The notes beneath the pieces were generated by a model. It worked only from the letters and a program-made list of their open reading frames with translations, was not told the origin of the DNA and made no database searches. The position numbers were made by a program, and so were the translations under genes. 64,000 nt of DNA from Eledone cirrhosa. Its lineage: Eukaryota. Positions 40,180-55,040 of the stretch are shown one piece after another. Position 1 is the first letter of the stretch; each line of letters starts with the position of its first letter. Where the stretch lies: positions 149,854,001 to 149,918,000 of the forward strand of contig OZ024743.1 in assembly GCA_964016885.1 (NCBI GenBank). The letters run 5' to 3'.

Positions 40180-41430
40180 AATTGAAAGAATTGTTTGAAT
40201 GTTGAGCAAAAATGTCTTGTAGTATTTAGTTATGGCATTTACATTCTCAAATTCAAATCATATCGATGTCAACCTTGACTTTCATACTTTCAAGATAAAT
40301 AAAATAAAGTACCAGTCATGTTCTGGGGGTGATTTAATTGATAGCTACTGCTGTTTCCCAAGCTTCTTCATGCAAGAAACTATGGATGAGAATCCCAAAC
40401 AAATTTTAGTACTGTTTGTATTTTAATGGCTGATAAGGGTATAAAAATCTGAATGGTCACTATTTTTAAAACTTGTTTTGGAAAACATAATGATGCAACA
40501 ACACTACATTAAATAACTATAATTCAATACAAATAAACAAAAGATGTAAGAGAAGATAACATTTGAAGATTGAATACTTTCTTCTTTTGTTCTCTTTTTT
40601 AGCACTTCACTGTTTAAAATTCAGACTCCATCAAAGTCCACCAAATCTTTCATGTCTCTCTTTAAAATAAAGTAGAAACTGATAATTAGATGTTACTAGA
40701 TTTGAATTGATCAAGTATATTGTTAGAAAGAATGATTATACTTGACTTTACTTCTCACCAATCTGCAGGCACATTCTGAAGTCCAGTCAAGCACTAGATT
40801 GATATATTTGATTATTCTCTTCCCAAAATTTGTAGCCTTGTACCTATGTTAGAAATCACTGGGGTCGATAAAATAAAGTACCAGTAATGCACTGGTAATT
40901 GCTGGCCTTGTGCCTAAAGTAGAAACAATTATAGTGGTTTCATTCTAGGTTCAAGGCCCATCAGAATTGATCTTGTCTTTCATCATTTTGGGTTGATTAT
41001 TTAGTATCTATGTAAGAAATCATTCTTCACAACCACAGCCACCCTCGCAATAGAACAATTGACTAAATGAATTATGAGTTCAAATCCTATTGAGGTTGGT
41101 TTTGACTTTCCTTCTTCTGGATTAATTAAATTAAGGAAGTACCAGTTAAGTAAACTAGAACCCCTTTTCTAAATCTGTGGCCTTGTTATTTTTATTGTAA
41201 TTATTATTGTTCTTGGGATGGATTGACAGAATTGTTAGAGCATCAGGCAAAATGTTTTACAGCATCTAGTATTGGCCCTTTATGTTCTGAATTCAAATCC
41301 CAAGTTCAACTTTACTTTCATCCATAATGTCAATAAAATAAAGTATTAGTCAAGTACTGGGGTGGATTTAATCAATTCCTCCTTACTCCAAATTACTGGC
41401 ATTCTGCCTAAAGTAGAAAACACAATTATT
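40180..41430 (+). mobile_element. Cluster of mostly degraded SINE A copies (young truncated copy at 40860-40932)
   Basis: Repeated TTCAAATC B boxes, GATAAAATAAAGTACCAGT cores and GTAGAAAC tails. Confidence 0.75.
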
Positions 41431-42394
41431 GTTCTTATAGAACTGAATAGAGGAGTCTTGTTTTGTTACTGAGCTATTTCTGTTGTAAGAATTGTGTTCA
41501 ACTACAGATATCATTATAAATCTTATACATTTTCTCATCAGTAACACTTTACATCTAATTTACCTGTTGTTAATGATGCTAGTGTTAGTAATGTTGGTGG
41601 TGGTATTTCTTGGGAACAACATAAACATGTTCACATTGCTTCAAATTTAATTTAATAAAAAATATTATCAATCATCATCATCATATAGGGCTTTACAATA
41701 ATTTATATATAATCCCCTGCCCCCACACACACATGAACTAATGTATTAATGTTAAATGAATTAAAGTATATAGGTAATTCTAGTAATAGGTAACCTACAC
41801 ATTTACTTTGCATCCTTATAGACATATGGTGTTTTTTTTGTGTTTTTTTTAGAATGTTTTTCCTTAGAAAAGTGAATATTGAGAAACTATATTTTTTGTT
41901 TGTGTGTTTGTACATAGTTATATAAATAAATTAAACGGATGTCATTTAGAAGTATTTAATTTAATATAATACACTAAATTTCACTACACACACATACACA
42001 GACATATACACAACTACATGTGCATACACTATTCTATGTGGTGACATTTCAAGCATGTTCCATATAGAGCTGTGGATTCTACTTTGGAGAAAATAACAAA
42101 GCTAATTAAACAGAGGGAAATAACTCTGATAATTTAAAATGCCACTAGACAAAATAGCAGATTATCAAGTTTTATAAGTTAGCATGCATCAGCTTGTGTT
42201 GTTTCATTATTTTTAAAATCTAATATATCAAATCTAATTATTGTTACAGTGTAATGTGTGAAGGTGAGGAATTTTTCTTTCGAAGCAAAAAAAAAAAGAA
42301 ACAGTTAATTGGTTTTGTAATTTTGTGATTGTTATTTTTTAAAGTGCCGGACTGGTTGAAACAGTAGAATGTCTTTCATTATTTAGTCTCCTTA

Positions 42395-42580
42395 GGTTGG
42401 TGGATTGGCAGTATTGGTAGAGCATCAGACACCATGCTTTGCAGCATAGAGTTATGGCCCTTTACGTTCAAATCCAGCCGAGGTTAGCTTTACCTTTCGT
42501 CCTTACATGGTCGATAAAATAAAGCACCAGTAATGCAATGGGGGTAATTTCTGGCCTTGTGCCAAAAGTAGAAACAATTA
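42395..42580 (+). mobile_element. SINE family A, short variant with 16-bp TSD
   Basis: TSD ATTATTTAGT(C/T)TCCTT at 42378-42393 and 42577-42592. Confidence 0.92.
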
Positions 42581-42808
42581 TTTAGTTTCCTTCTGTTGGT
42601 GCCTTTTATTTAAAAACATGCTGAGGCCAACTGTGCCTTCTATTCCTCCAAGGTTGATAAAATAAATACTAAATATAAGTTCAGTCAACTATATTCTACA
42701 ATTTTGTAGATTTTTGCAAAGTGTAAGAAAGTATTGTATACTATAGTTATGGTTTGTTTCATTATCTTATTACTTGTGAAAATATTTCCATCTAATAGAC
42801 GAATTTAC

Positions 42809-42851
<43 letters not shown>

Positions 42852-42972
42852 TGTTAGGAAGGGCAGCCAGCTGTAGAAACCAAGCCAAAATCAGTTCTAT
42901 GTGACCGAATTCACAGTTCAGCCTATCCTACTCATGCTAGCGTGGAAGATGGACGTTAAACGATGATTATGA

Positions 42973-43035
<63 letters not shown>

Positions 43036-43091
43036 TGCTATTAAGTTAGAAATGGTCTGGGCCAATACTGGCAAAAGTTATATATATATAA

Positions 43092-43153
<62 letters not shown>

Positions 43154-45430
43154 ACACTCACACTTGTAAATTTATCTCCTGCCTATTAAATAGTATTAGT
43201 TTTATAGCTTTCCAAATTCGAAAATTAGAGTAATATGCTGAAGTAAGAACTAACAACTGGATAATTTTGGGGGGTTTTGTTTTTCTTTCATTAATATTAT
43301 TCTAGAATGTTATAGGGATTTATTTTTGCCAAGAATTAAACTAGCCTCCTTTAATATATTTTTAATCTCACAATAAATGTTAAACATCTATCCTCTTTGC
43401 TACTAAATTTAATTGTTCTAAATAATATGTGTATTTAGAGCATATTTACACACATACATATATTATTTTATTTCAGCATTCATTGAGATATATAAATAGT
43501 ACTTAATTTATCATTTAACATTGGTTGAATGAAATATGTCTACCCTCATGATATTTGAAATTGGAACCATAAGTCTAATTTAAATTACACCAACTACACT
43601 CATACAGCAGTCTAAAACAGAAATTAATATGTGGCACTGTACCACAAGTTTGGCCTCTATTTAATTTTAATTATGAAATTATTTAATTTTTTTATAATTC
43701 CTTCTTTTTATTTTTTTTTTTTTTCAATTTTTTTCAAGTTGAATTAAATGGAAGTTTGTTACAACTGTTTAATATTTGCAAGAAAACACAACGTTATCTG
43801 ACCGCTAAAACAAATTAAAATCTATTAGATTATCATGATTATTGACGCTATCCTGTCTGGCTATCAAAAATAACAGAATCTGCTTGCTAATCTAGTTTTG
43901 CTGTTTGTCAGTTGAGTTACCCTGTTCTTTGTTAAATAATATTATCAGAAACAGGTTTTGTGTCTTTCAGTCATTGCTCAACTTAATTGATAAGAATTTT
44001 TCTTCTCTTAGTTCATCATTTAATCAAGGTAGAGGCAAACTTGGAGGGAAATAATGCTGTTTAAATGTGAATAATTTCATATAATGTAATTAGTTCCTCT
44101 AAATTTTTACAGTTCATTTGTTATACATTACAAATTTGAGTAGCCCTTATTTAAGAGTGTGTATATTTTATTTTAAATCCTTATTTTTTACTTTAAATCG
44201 ATCTCTTTATAAGTCCTTGAAAATGATGGTAATTCGGTGTTGGCATAAACGCTGAAATGTAATTTTATTATTTATTTTGATGAAGAGAGGAGGAATTCTA
44301 TAGTTTAATGGAATCCTTTAATAATATGTGATATAACTTTAATAGGAAGTTTGTGGAATTTTCTAAGAAAGTTTTGTCCTTTTAATTATTGCTAAATTCT
44401 GCAATTCAATTAAAAAGTTATTTTACTAATTGGATAGTCATTATTAGCAGCTTGAAAATTAAAAATTTTCATTTCAGATATTTATTTATTTATTGTCTAA
44501 GCTAATCTGAGATATCATTTGAATTTTGGTCTCCTTAAACCCAAAATCTTCTTCAAAAGATACCAAATAGCATACTTTTTTTACCACTTACTAGGCACAG
44601 CGTGTAGTTGCAAAATATTTCCTTTAATGAGCACAATCTAAACTCATAAATTCAACTAGTTTACCCTTGGTATTTAGTCTATTGGCTTCAAAACACTTAT
44701 GCTACTCTTTTAGGGCTCAAACTATAAAAAGGCCCCAAATAAATAAAAGCTATGTGTTGAACAGAGAAGAATGGTAGAGGGGTGGACGATGATGTCTGTA
44801 AGTCATTGCAAACTAAAACGTTTTTTCTTAAGAGGTTTTGCTTCTTGTTATTCTGCTGACAGCCATAAAAGTGTCTTGAGAGTCAGTGGGTGATTTAAGT
44901 TGAAGGGGGTAATTTTGAAGGAGATTCTGATATGAAAGAAAAATTTTCCTTTCCCACAATTTACATAGGTATATAATTGAGACAGTGTGTGCTGTATCTC
45001 TATGAAACAATAGCAAAAGTTATTTGTCAATTTCAAGGAAAACAGTTAGGATTCTTTATGAGATTCTATGTAAGTCCTTGATGTATTAACTAATAGTGGT
45101 ACTAAGGCTAAAGCAGATTTTGTATGAATGACAAAATTAACATTATAAATGTTGTAAGGTAGATGTTTAACAGTATCTAGTTTGGTTTTCTACTGATTCA
45201 AGTTCAATTTCTGCTAGTGTTTAACTTATATTTCAGCCATGAATGACTGATTCAGTATTTCTGAGTTGTGCATTATCACTATAATAGTAGTTAGTATACA
45301 TGGATTGGGCTACGAACCTCATCATTTGATGTACATTTTATTTTTATTTACAGTCAATGTTCAGAGAAGAATATACATTTATAACCAAAAAATAAACCTT
45401 GTATGTATGTATGTATGTATGTATGTATGT

Positions 45431-45867
45431 CAAGGCAGAATTCTAGGAGAAGGAAAACTCTGATATAACACCTGCAACCCTGATGGTATCCAATGATGTT
45501 GACTTGTTCTTCTTTTTGGTAAATATCATCTTGGTTAAGAGAGTGGGACTGGCTTTGTGCAGTGCCTTTGCTCACTATAAAAGCTTCACGGCACAGGCAT
45601 TGCTTTATATCTGGAGATCTCTCTGCACTTGTCGTCACATGGTACCATGGGCCCAGCACTATGTGTCAATAATTGTCACAAGTGTAGTGTTTGCACCAGA
45701 GTTTTCAAGTCGCTGGCTGGACTGAAAAGTCACACTTGTTCAGCGCATCGGTAGGGGTTCTCCTACATGGATATAAAGTAGTGGCCGTACTCGAAAACGA
45801 GTTGGCAGCCACCATGTATGTATGTATGTAAGTGTATGTATGTACGTATGTATGTATGTATGTATGT
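45431..45867 (+). mobile_element. Short RTE-derived non-autonomous element, copy 2
   Basis: Starts at CTAGGAGAAGGAAAACTCTGAT and ends with a C2H2 remnant, CTCGAAAACGAG and (ATGT)n; embedded in (ATGT)n. Confidence 0.85.
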
Positions 45868-46576
45868 AGCAATAGCTATGTTTGTGTGAACATATATAAC
45901 ACCCAACATACTACTGATACATATAAAATCACATACACTTAAAAAAATATTTTCTAACTTTTTTGTCACTGTATTTATTGGACTGGACGTACACTCCACC
46001 GCATCCACCTCCCACACAGAACATACACCTACCCCTTCTACACACATATGCAATTTATATATTTTGTGATTGTGTTAACTTATATGCTATTCCAAGCATT
46101 GCCTCTACACTCCCTTTTAATTAGCTGTAAGTTTTACTGAAAAGGAAATGTCAGTTTGGTTCAGTGGTTTAATGGTAGTATATAGCTGCTTGCATAGGGA
46201 AATTCTATTTTGCTAAGTGTTTTCTCCTCACTTTCAACATGGTTTCCTATACATAAGACAGAATAACTGCACACATTTGATAATATTTGAGAGGGAGGGG
46301 GGGGGGGGAAGGGGTCAGATCTGTGTTTACTTAAATTTAACAATATTTCTTGAAATAAAATCTAAGCAATCAAGAGAAAGATCAGTTTGAAAGTTTTCAA
46401 TATTCCATGTGTAGTAGGTTAGTCATTGATAGGAAGAATACTGTAATTGTCCATTCAGGTTTTCTATTGTGTTTATGTATGTGTATGCATGTTTTATTAT
46501 ACGTATATGTGTATGTATATAGTATGTATTTGTGTGTTTGTATGTGTTATGTATGTATATGTGTATGTTTAGGTGC

Positions 46577-46680
<104 letters not shown>

Positions 46681-46710
46681 ACATACATATATATATATAT
46701 ATATAGACAA

Positions 46711-46754
<44 letters not shown>

Positions 46755-46756
<2 letters not shown>

Positions 46757-47837
46757 CATCATCATCATCATCATCAACGTTTAACGTCCGTGTTCCACGC
46801 TTGCATGGGTTTGGACGGGGGTAGTCCCACTTGAGGCAAGAGTGATTGTCTTGCTCGCATAGGACTGTCTGGCAGGTTTTCTACAGTTGGATGCCCTTCC
46901 TAACACCAACCACATTTACAGTGTGGGTCTGGGAGGTTTTTACCGTGTTGCCTACACGGCCACATTACAGCGTGGACTGTGTGTTTTTTTGTCGTGACAC
47001 CTACACGATCTCATTTGTTTCGGCCTCGAAGGCGCGGCACCAACATAACTTTACATAGAACGGGGTGGTGTGGATCGGGTGGGGGTGGTGGTGGTGGGAC
47101 GGGGTGTATTTTGTTAGAGATGCCTACTGGCTGGAGTAGGTTTTACTATATATTTAGGTAAGGCGGGTCTTCTCTGTTACTGAGTACCGCCAAAGGTCTC
47201 GGTCCAGTGACATTGTCTTGGAGAGGTGTAAGTGTGTGATGTCGGAGTTTATCAGCTCGTCCCAGGTTTTTCTAGGTCTGCCTATTCCGTGACTACCGTC
47301 TATCTTTATTGCCCTGCACTTTGTTATACAGCTATCGACTTTCATGCGCATCACGTGTCCATACCAACGTAGCCTTCTCTCGAGTAAACAACATCTGATC
47401 CCTCTTATCTCTAATTTTTTCCTTAGTTCGTTTATGCTTTGCCGTTCACGTATATTACTGTTACACATCCAGCGGAGCATGCAAGCTTCGTTCCTCTCTA
47501 GTCTGCGTATATCCTCTGCACACAATGCCCAGGTCTCACTGCCATGCAGCATTGCTGTTCGTATGCAGGCATCGTACAACCTGCCTTTCATTTTTAGTGA
47601 GAACCCTTTAGCAGCTAATAGTGGTATAAGCTCTCTGAACTTTTTCCAACCAGTTCTGACTCTAGCTACAGTACTTTCAGAGCACCCTCCCCCACTGCTG
47701 ATTTTATCGCCCAGGTAACGGAAGCTGTCCACTATTTCTATAGAACCCTCTGCGCAATTGAAAGAGCTAGTAGTTTGTGGGCACTTGCTGCTACTTATTG
47801 CACCAGAGCACCGGCCACATGTAAAATCTATGTTCTT
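46755..47837 (-). mobile_element. Young 5'-truncated RTE LINE, copy 2 (open ORF 47154-47837 plus 3'UTR)
   Basis: FTCGRCSG...IEIVDSFRYLGD...ARVRTGWKKFREL...KGRLYDACIRTAMLHGSETW...RLRWYGHV...GRPRKTW; closely matches copy 1. Confidence 0.95.
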
Positions 47838-47863
47838 ATATATATATATATATGTATATATAT

Positions 47864-48211
47864 GGAGGCACATGGCTTAGTGGTTAGAGCATTGGCTTTG
47901 CAATCGAAAGGTTGTGAGTTCAATTCTCAGACCGGGTAATGTGTTGTTTCCTTGAGCAAGACACTTTATTTCACATTGCTCCAGTTTACTCAGCTGTAGA
48001 AATGAGATGATAGGGACGGAGGTCCATATCATTCCACTACAAAGTGGTCGTGGAGGTGCCACGGCAAAAAAAGCACCCAGCACTCACTGTAAATGAGGTT
48101 GGTGTTAGGAAAGGCATCCAGCTGTAGAAATCAAGCCAGAATCAGTTCCCGTCCCACCCTTGCAAGCAGGGAAAGGTGGATGTAAAATGATAATGATAAT
48201 GATGATGATGA
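47864..48211 (+). mobile_element. Full-length tRNA/CORE-type SINE family B with RTE-derived tail
   Basis: A box TGGCTTAGTGG, B box GAGTTCAATTC, CORE-like CCTTGAGCAAGACACTT...CAGTTTACTCAGCTGTAGAAATGAG, and RTE-tail GGTGTTAGGAA.GGCATCCAGCTGTAGAAA with (GAT)n. Confidence 0.92.
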
Positions 48212-48438
48212 TATGGTTGCATATTTGGTTGTTAGCTATATGTATATGTGTGTTTGTGACTACATCTATAATTGAGAGTGTGCTTGGCTGTGTTTGTATG
48301 TGAGAGAGAGAAAGACTGTTTGTGGAGGTGTAGTATATGAATTATGTGCATATATTTACTATTTATTTATATTAATTTGTAAGCATATATTTTCAGTGTA
48401 GTTTTATTTATTTTTACACTTCCCTTCAAATATATATC

Positions 48439-48471
<33 letters not shown>

Positions 48472-48621
48472 ATGTGTGTGTGTTCTATATTTATTGCCTT
48501 ATATCTGTACAGATATATAATTGAGAGTGAATGTATGTTTGGATTTTTCTCATAAGATAAATTACAACTGGTGCATTTGTGTGTCATATGTTTATGCTTT
48601 GACTTTTTACTCTATCAAATG

Positions 48622-48652
<31 letters not shown>

Positions 48653-49016
48653 TATATATATATCATCATCACCTTTTAATATATATATCTATATATATAT
48701 ATATATATATAGTAATAATAATAAATTTGAAGACTAATATATATATATATATATATATACTGGTTGACATATACATATATAGTATATATGTACATACACA
48801 TATATCATAGTTAGCTTGTGTATATATATATACACACAAGCTAACCACATGTTTTTATGTTTACCAAAAATATGTCAGAATTAAGTTTTAAGTTTTGCCT
48901 CCTGTTCATATTGTTTTTGTGGTTCAGATTTTTCATTCTTATTAAATTGCTACGTTCTTCTTCTTCTTCTTCTTCTTCTTCTTCTTCCATGCAGCCACAC
49001 AGCCAGCCACACACTT

Positions 49017-49054
<38 letters not shown>

Positions 49055-49060
49055 ACATAC

Positions 49061-49142
<82 letters not shown>

Positions 49143-52100
49143 ATATTTAAAATTGTTTTAATTTACTTTTCTGGCATTCAATTTGATTAAATTTCAAAAT
49201 ATCAAAGTAGTGAGACGTCAGTGTTTTTACTTTCATCCCACCAGAAAAAAGAATCTCCATTCCTTGCTGCTATGACCCAAAAATGTCACTTCTCTTCAGA
49301 ATGCTCTCCTCCACATCGCCACCACCGCTAAATGCTTCCCTTTAAGCAGATGGATCTCCTCCATTCCTGCAGTCCTGTCTGCCTATGCACCCATTAAATT
49401 ATGTAAATTTGATTGCATCTATGTAACATTAGCTTGCTTGCTTCTCTCCACACTATTCTTTGCAACTTCCTCCCCATCTATATAGTTTTACTCCTCTCCT
49501 CTGCTTGATGACACTGGCAACAATCACCACCACTGCGACCACCATCATCGTCATCATCACCACTGTGACTACCACCAGCATCACAGCAAGTCTTTCCCTA
49601 CAGCATTACTCGCCTAACCACGCCACCATTCTTATCATCAGTGACATCGTCACTGCCACCTTTTTCTGTAACTACAGCCAACATCAACAACATAACCTCT
49701 ACTACCATCATGATACTCTTTCGGCTACTGTCACCACCACTCACCGCTAAAACCACTACCACCAACTCAACACTTTAATTGAACACCTCCTCCACCCTAA
49801 TTGTGCTAACACTATCATATCACTCACTACCACCGTCATCACTTAACATTCGTGAAACCATCCACCCTCTTCAGTTGGTCGCTACCCCCACTCAACTGGT
49901 TAAAATTGATGTTATCTTGGTCACTCTCGTAGTTGGGGTGACTGAGATTAATAATGATATCATCAACTAATGGCACCACCACCTTCACCATACTACCACC
50001 ACATACAACTACGGTATCTGCAATAACAATGACAACAATAGCAGTAGCAACACAAACAACACTTAATGATAGCAAGCCAATCTCTACATGGTCGTTCGGC
50101 CTGCTTAGAAATAACAGACAGATCTCTCCCAAATTACGTTCTGCCGTCTTTAAAATATTGAAGGACACATAAGATAATGTAATCCTATAAATAACAATAA
50201 AAAGACAGGACTGTCACGGTCAGAATTCCGCTTTTGACTGACCTGTGGCTAAACAATTTTACCAATAGCTGTAATGACAATACCTTTTAGGAGAAAATAA
50301 TGTACTTTTCATGCCTTCTTCATTAGACAGTGTTATAAGGGAGGGAGGCTCCACGTAAGACAATATCCACGAACAAAAAAAAAATGGTCTTTATTTAACC
50401 CAAGGGTAACGACCTTACAATAAAAGAAACATTTTTTTTTAATATATAGATTGGGGTATAATGTACATATAATATATATATCATCGTCAACACAATAACA
50501 ACCACAACAGTTGAACTTGAAATATCGTCAATGGTAAGAATATGAATAATAGCAACTATGAAGGTGACAAAAATTACAGCGATAATAAAAGCTGAAATTA
50601 CACTCCGAATCACCATTGTATCTCCTCTCTCCCCCGTTACCAGCAATGAAATCCTGCACGTTCGTTTAAATTAACGAGTTACCTCCCTTTAACTGAGTGA
50701 TTTTTTTAAAACCTGATAAAACTTCTTGACGCAATCAAATCACTTTCCTTAGTAGTGGAAAAATGTATGGTTTAAGAGATGAATGGATGGACACTTAATC
50801 ACTGGTCATTGGTCACTCACCACTATGCACACACACACACACACACACACACGCGCGCGCGCGTACTGACACACACACACACACATACGTGCGCGCACTC
50901 TCTCTCTCTCTCACACATTTTCCCCACTTGAACATCTTTAATAAGCAAAGACGACAGTCTCTACGTTGTCTCTCTACCAGCTAAAGATAGCAGTTACATC
51001 TCCCCCAAACCACACATTGCCATGTTAATAGAGGACGGGCACGTTGAACAATGTAATCCTATATATACAAAAATACTGGATGATCGTGACTGGAACACAT
51101 TTCGTCAAATAGGCCTGATGAGTCAGGAATGAATTAGTTCGGGCAGGGGGGTGGGGGATAAATAACAACAACAATCTCATCTAGTTCTTTATATATTTGT
51201 CCAATAAATAAATACCTTTGCTAGCAGCTACCTCTGGATACTTAACTCTACATCTATATCCTTAAAATCCGTTCATTTGTTCAGTAAACACTATTTATGT
51301 ACTTCTCGCCACTTTCCATCGCAGTACTCACCCATTAAGATTTCGACTAACTCTTCCTCATTTCATTTCAATTATATATTTGTGATATTTCTTAGTATTT
51401 TCCTGTCCGACAGCAGAACTACCGTCATCATTACTCTATAGTGTTACTGATGTTGTTTACTACTGCCTCGTCAACGCATTTATTCAGACACGGCCCAAAG
51501 ATAGAGCCTCTATGTGGTTACACTACTTGCTAGAAACAGCAGCCAAATTCACTCAAATCACACCCTACAATCTTAAAGAAATGGAAAGATGATACAATAC
51601 ATATTATAGTCCAAGTTATACTGTGGCAGAATAATGAATGGGTTGTTCACGACTGAAACATTTTTGATCCTCACTGACCGGGAGCTAAACAATAACGACG
51701 AATGTAGACTATTAATTATTATATATATATATATATACATTGTTATTAGAATCTCAATTTTCTGCTTCCATTTATTTTGATATCTGGCCTGGGCTAATAT
51801 TTTAAGTTGATTTCGCCAAATACAATGACAAACGATTATTATTCTGACATCGTTATCATTGTCAGCATCCATCAGCAATATAATCATTCTCCCTAACATT
51901 GTAGGGGCGCTATTCCTCAACACAAATAATATTACTTCTAATCACTTCATTGTGATCGTGTAAATAGTTATGGAAGTTAGTCGAATTTATTAATGTTGAA
52001 TGCAATTGATATAATTAAAATAATTTTAGTCATTAATTGATGAATGTTTTTTTTTTTGTTTTGTTTTGTTTTGTTTTGTTTTCTCACCGTATAATTATTC

Positions 52101-52338
52101 CCAGTTAACATATCTATATTAATAACTGGACTTTCGTAGTACACACACTCATACCCATGCAGGTGCATACCGAAATATTCGCATGCCTAAATACGCACGG
52201 ATGCTCACACATGACATCATGATCTTTTGGTGTGTAGTTGTTGGGTTTTTTTGACAAAATTCTACCCTAGACATGTAAACTTATAATCAAAGGTATCCTG
52301 ACCGTGACCATCCTATATTTTCGTGCGTGTGTGCATAA

Positions 52339-52401
<63 letters not shown>

Positions 52402-52856
52402 TATACATGTGTGTGTGTGTGTGTACATACATACACTCGCACACACCCATTTATAAGCAACCGCATAATGACACCTGCATCAGCTTGTTTTAATGTGAGG
52501 CGGGTGCTGAGGTTGTACATATCGCAGATTCTGTTCAGAGTTAAAATAGTCAATACAGCTATTTGAGTAGAACGTGTATTGGGCATGTGATTGTATGTGT
52601 ATGGTCCCATCTGAAGTAGTATGTCAGGTCCCCTGAACAGTTAATGGTTGAATGTATTGTTTTTGACCTGTATGAACCACAAATCATAGCGTACCCACTA
52701 AAATGTTTGTTTTATGTTTATTGAATAAATATCCCACTTAAAAGACATACACATACAACACACATAGTTCTTGGTCTTCTCGCCACATGCGTCGCATGCA
52801 CACGTTCACACGTGTTTATATTCTTTTATTTATTTATTTATTATGGTTATTTCTCT

Positions 52857-52887
<31 letters not shown>

Positions 52888-52894
52888 GTAATTT

Positions 52895-53187
52895 AGGTCA
52901 TTAGACTGCGGTCATGCTGAGGAACCGCTTTAGTCAATAATTGTTTCTACGTTTGGCACAAGGCCAGCAAATACTCAGTGCATTACTGGTACTTTATTTT
53001 ATCGACCCCGTAAGGATGAAAGCAATAATATCGACCACATTACTTTTTTCTTTTTTTTTAAGTTTTCAACTCTGGTACCTATATTGTCGATCACTTTTTG
53101 TCGAACCGCTAAGTTACATAACACGCAGAAACAAAGACACGGACGGACGGACACACACACACACATATATATATATATGTATATGTG

Positions 53188-53227
<40 letters not shown>

Positions 53228-53232
53228 TATAC

Positions 53233-53265
<33 letters not shown>

Positions 53266-53270
53266 TAAAC

Positions 53271-53313
<43 letters not shown>

Positions 53314-53397
53314 GTAACACCTGCTCAAGGTGCCACGCAGTGAGACTAAACCTGAAAACACGTGGTTGAGAAACGAACTCCATCACCACACAACCGT
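52895..53397 (-). mobile_element. tRNA-derived SINE family D with internal microsatellite, interrupted by a truncated SINE A (52935-53023)
   Basis: Reverse tRNA-like head at 53320-53397; body ATCGACC...GGTAC.TAT...CGAACCGCTAAGTTAC; tail GACTGCGGTCATGCTG. CAATAAT is duplicated around the nested SINE. Confidence 0.7.
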
Positions 53398-53698
53398 ATG
53401 GGGCCGATAAATAAAGTATCACTAACGCAGTGGGGTCGATTTAATCGACTTTCCCTTTCTCCCAAAATTGTTGCCCGTATGCTTAAATCAGATACCATGA
53501 TATGATTTTCGGTGGATTGGCAGTATCGGTAGAGAGGCGGACACCATGCTTTGAAGCATAGAGTTACGTCCCTTTATGATCTGAGTTCAAATCCCGCTGA
53601 GGTTAACTTTGCCTTTCATCCTTACGGGGTCGATAAAATAAAGTACCAGTAATGTACTAGGTAATTTGGTGGCCTTGTGCCTAAAATAGAAACAATTA
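53395..53698 (+). mobile_element. Two tandem SINE A copies (long-variant 3' half 53395-53498; young full copy 53510-53698)
   Basis: TSD AT(G/T)ATATGATTTT at 53497-53509 and 53695-53707. Confidence 0.9.
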
Positions 53699-53724
53699 TA
53701 TGATTTTATATATATATTATATAT

Positions 53725-53805
53725 ATATTTAATATAGAAATGGCTTCTACAGGACTAGAACTGTTACTTACTGTGGTTACCCTCAATTGAACCAGGGATA
53801 AACTT
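53725..53805. mobile_element. Internally deleted copy of the 57632-57827 hammerhead element
   Basis: Identical left arm ATATTTAATATAGAAATGGCTTCTACAGGACTAGAACTGTT joined through GTT to the 3' end ACTTACTGTGGTTACCC..ATTGAACC.GG.ATAAACT; sits in (TA)n. Confidence 0.85.
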
Positions 53806-53916
53806 ATATATATATATATATATGTAGAGGTTATATTTAATTTGTTGGGATACAACAAGCAAAATATTTTTATAACTGATATAAAGCACTCAACAAATTA
53901 TTGGAGTAAATATACA

Positions 53917-54411
<495 letters not shown>

Positions 54412-54600
54412 AGCATATACATACAAGCATACGTAATTTTTACATTACATTCACTTTCACATGTATAAATTCATAACATTGCTTTTTTATTATTTTTTAT
54501 ACTTATTCTCAACATCATACATATCAAGCAACTGATCTTTCTCTCTCACAAGTAGTTTTTTTTCAGAAATACAATTTACCCCCTCTTCCAATTTCTTCAT

Positions 54601-54745
<145 letters not shown>

Positions 54746-54802
54746 ATGTATGTCTCTTTCCCTTGACATAAAAACACTTATTGATATAATTACATATATT
54801 TT

Positions 54803-54856
<54 letters not shown>

Positions 54857-54941
54857 CCCTCTTTGGATTTTAGTCTTCAAATTTATTATTATTACTATAT
54901 ATATATATATATATAAGCATTTATATATATATAAAAGCATA

Positions 54942-54973
<32 letters not shown>

Positions 54974-55040
54974 AGCATTTATATATATATATATATATAT
55001 AAAAGCATATATATATATACCTATATATATATATATATAT

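Noticed and set aside
47005-47040. GCC-TTCGA-GGC-CGAAAC in the RTE 3'UTR resembling hammerhead stem II plus GAAA
   Set aside because: No CUGAnGA upstream, and the hairpin is not conserved in copy 1.
47838-47873. N-terminus ([12 protein letters not shown]) of the 239-aa ORF as a real start
   Set aside because: Derived from the adjacent SINE head and (TA)n; the LINE is 5'-truncated. The same applies to the start of ORF 37237-37746.
47864-47935. tRNA-like sequences with A/B boxes
   Set aside because: Heads of multi-copy SINEs continuing into body and tail; no complete cloverleaf.
49460-50172. Thr-rich mucin-like ORFs
   Set aside because: Degenerate (ACC/ATC)n low-complexity sequence with no convincing splice sites.
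51115-51140. CTGATGA as a hammerhead core
   Set aside because: No GAAA or stems follow; part of old repeat family C.
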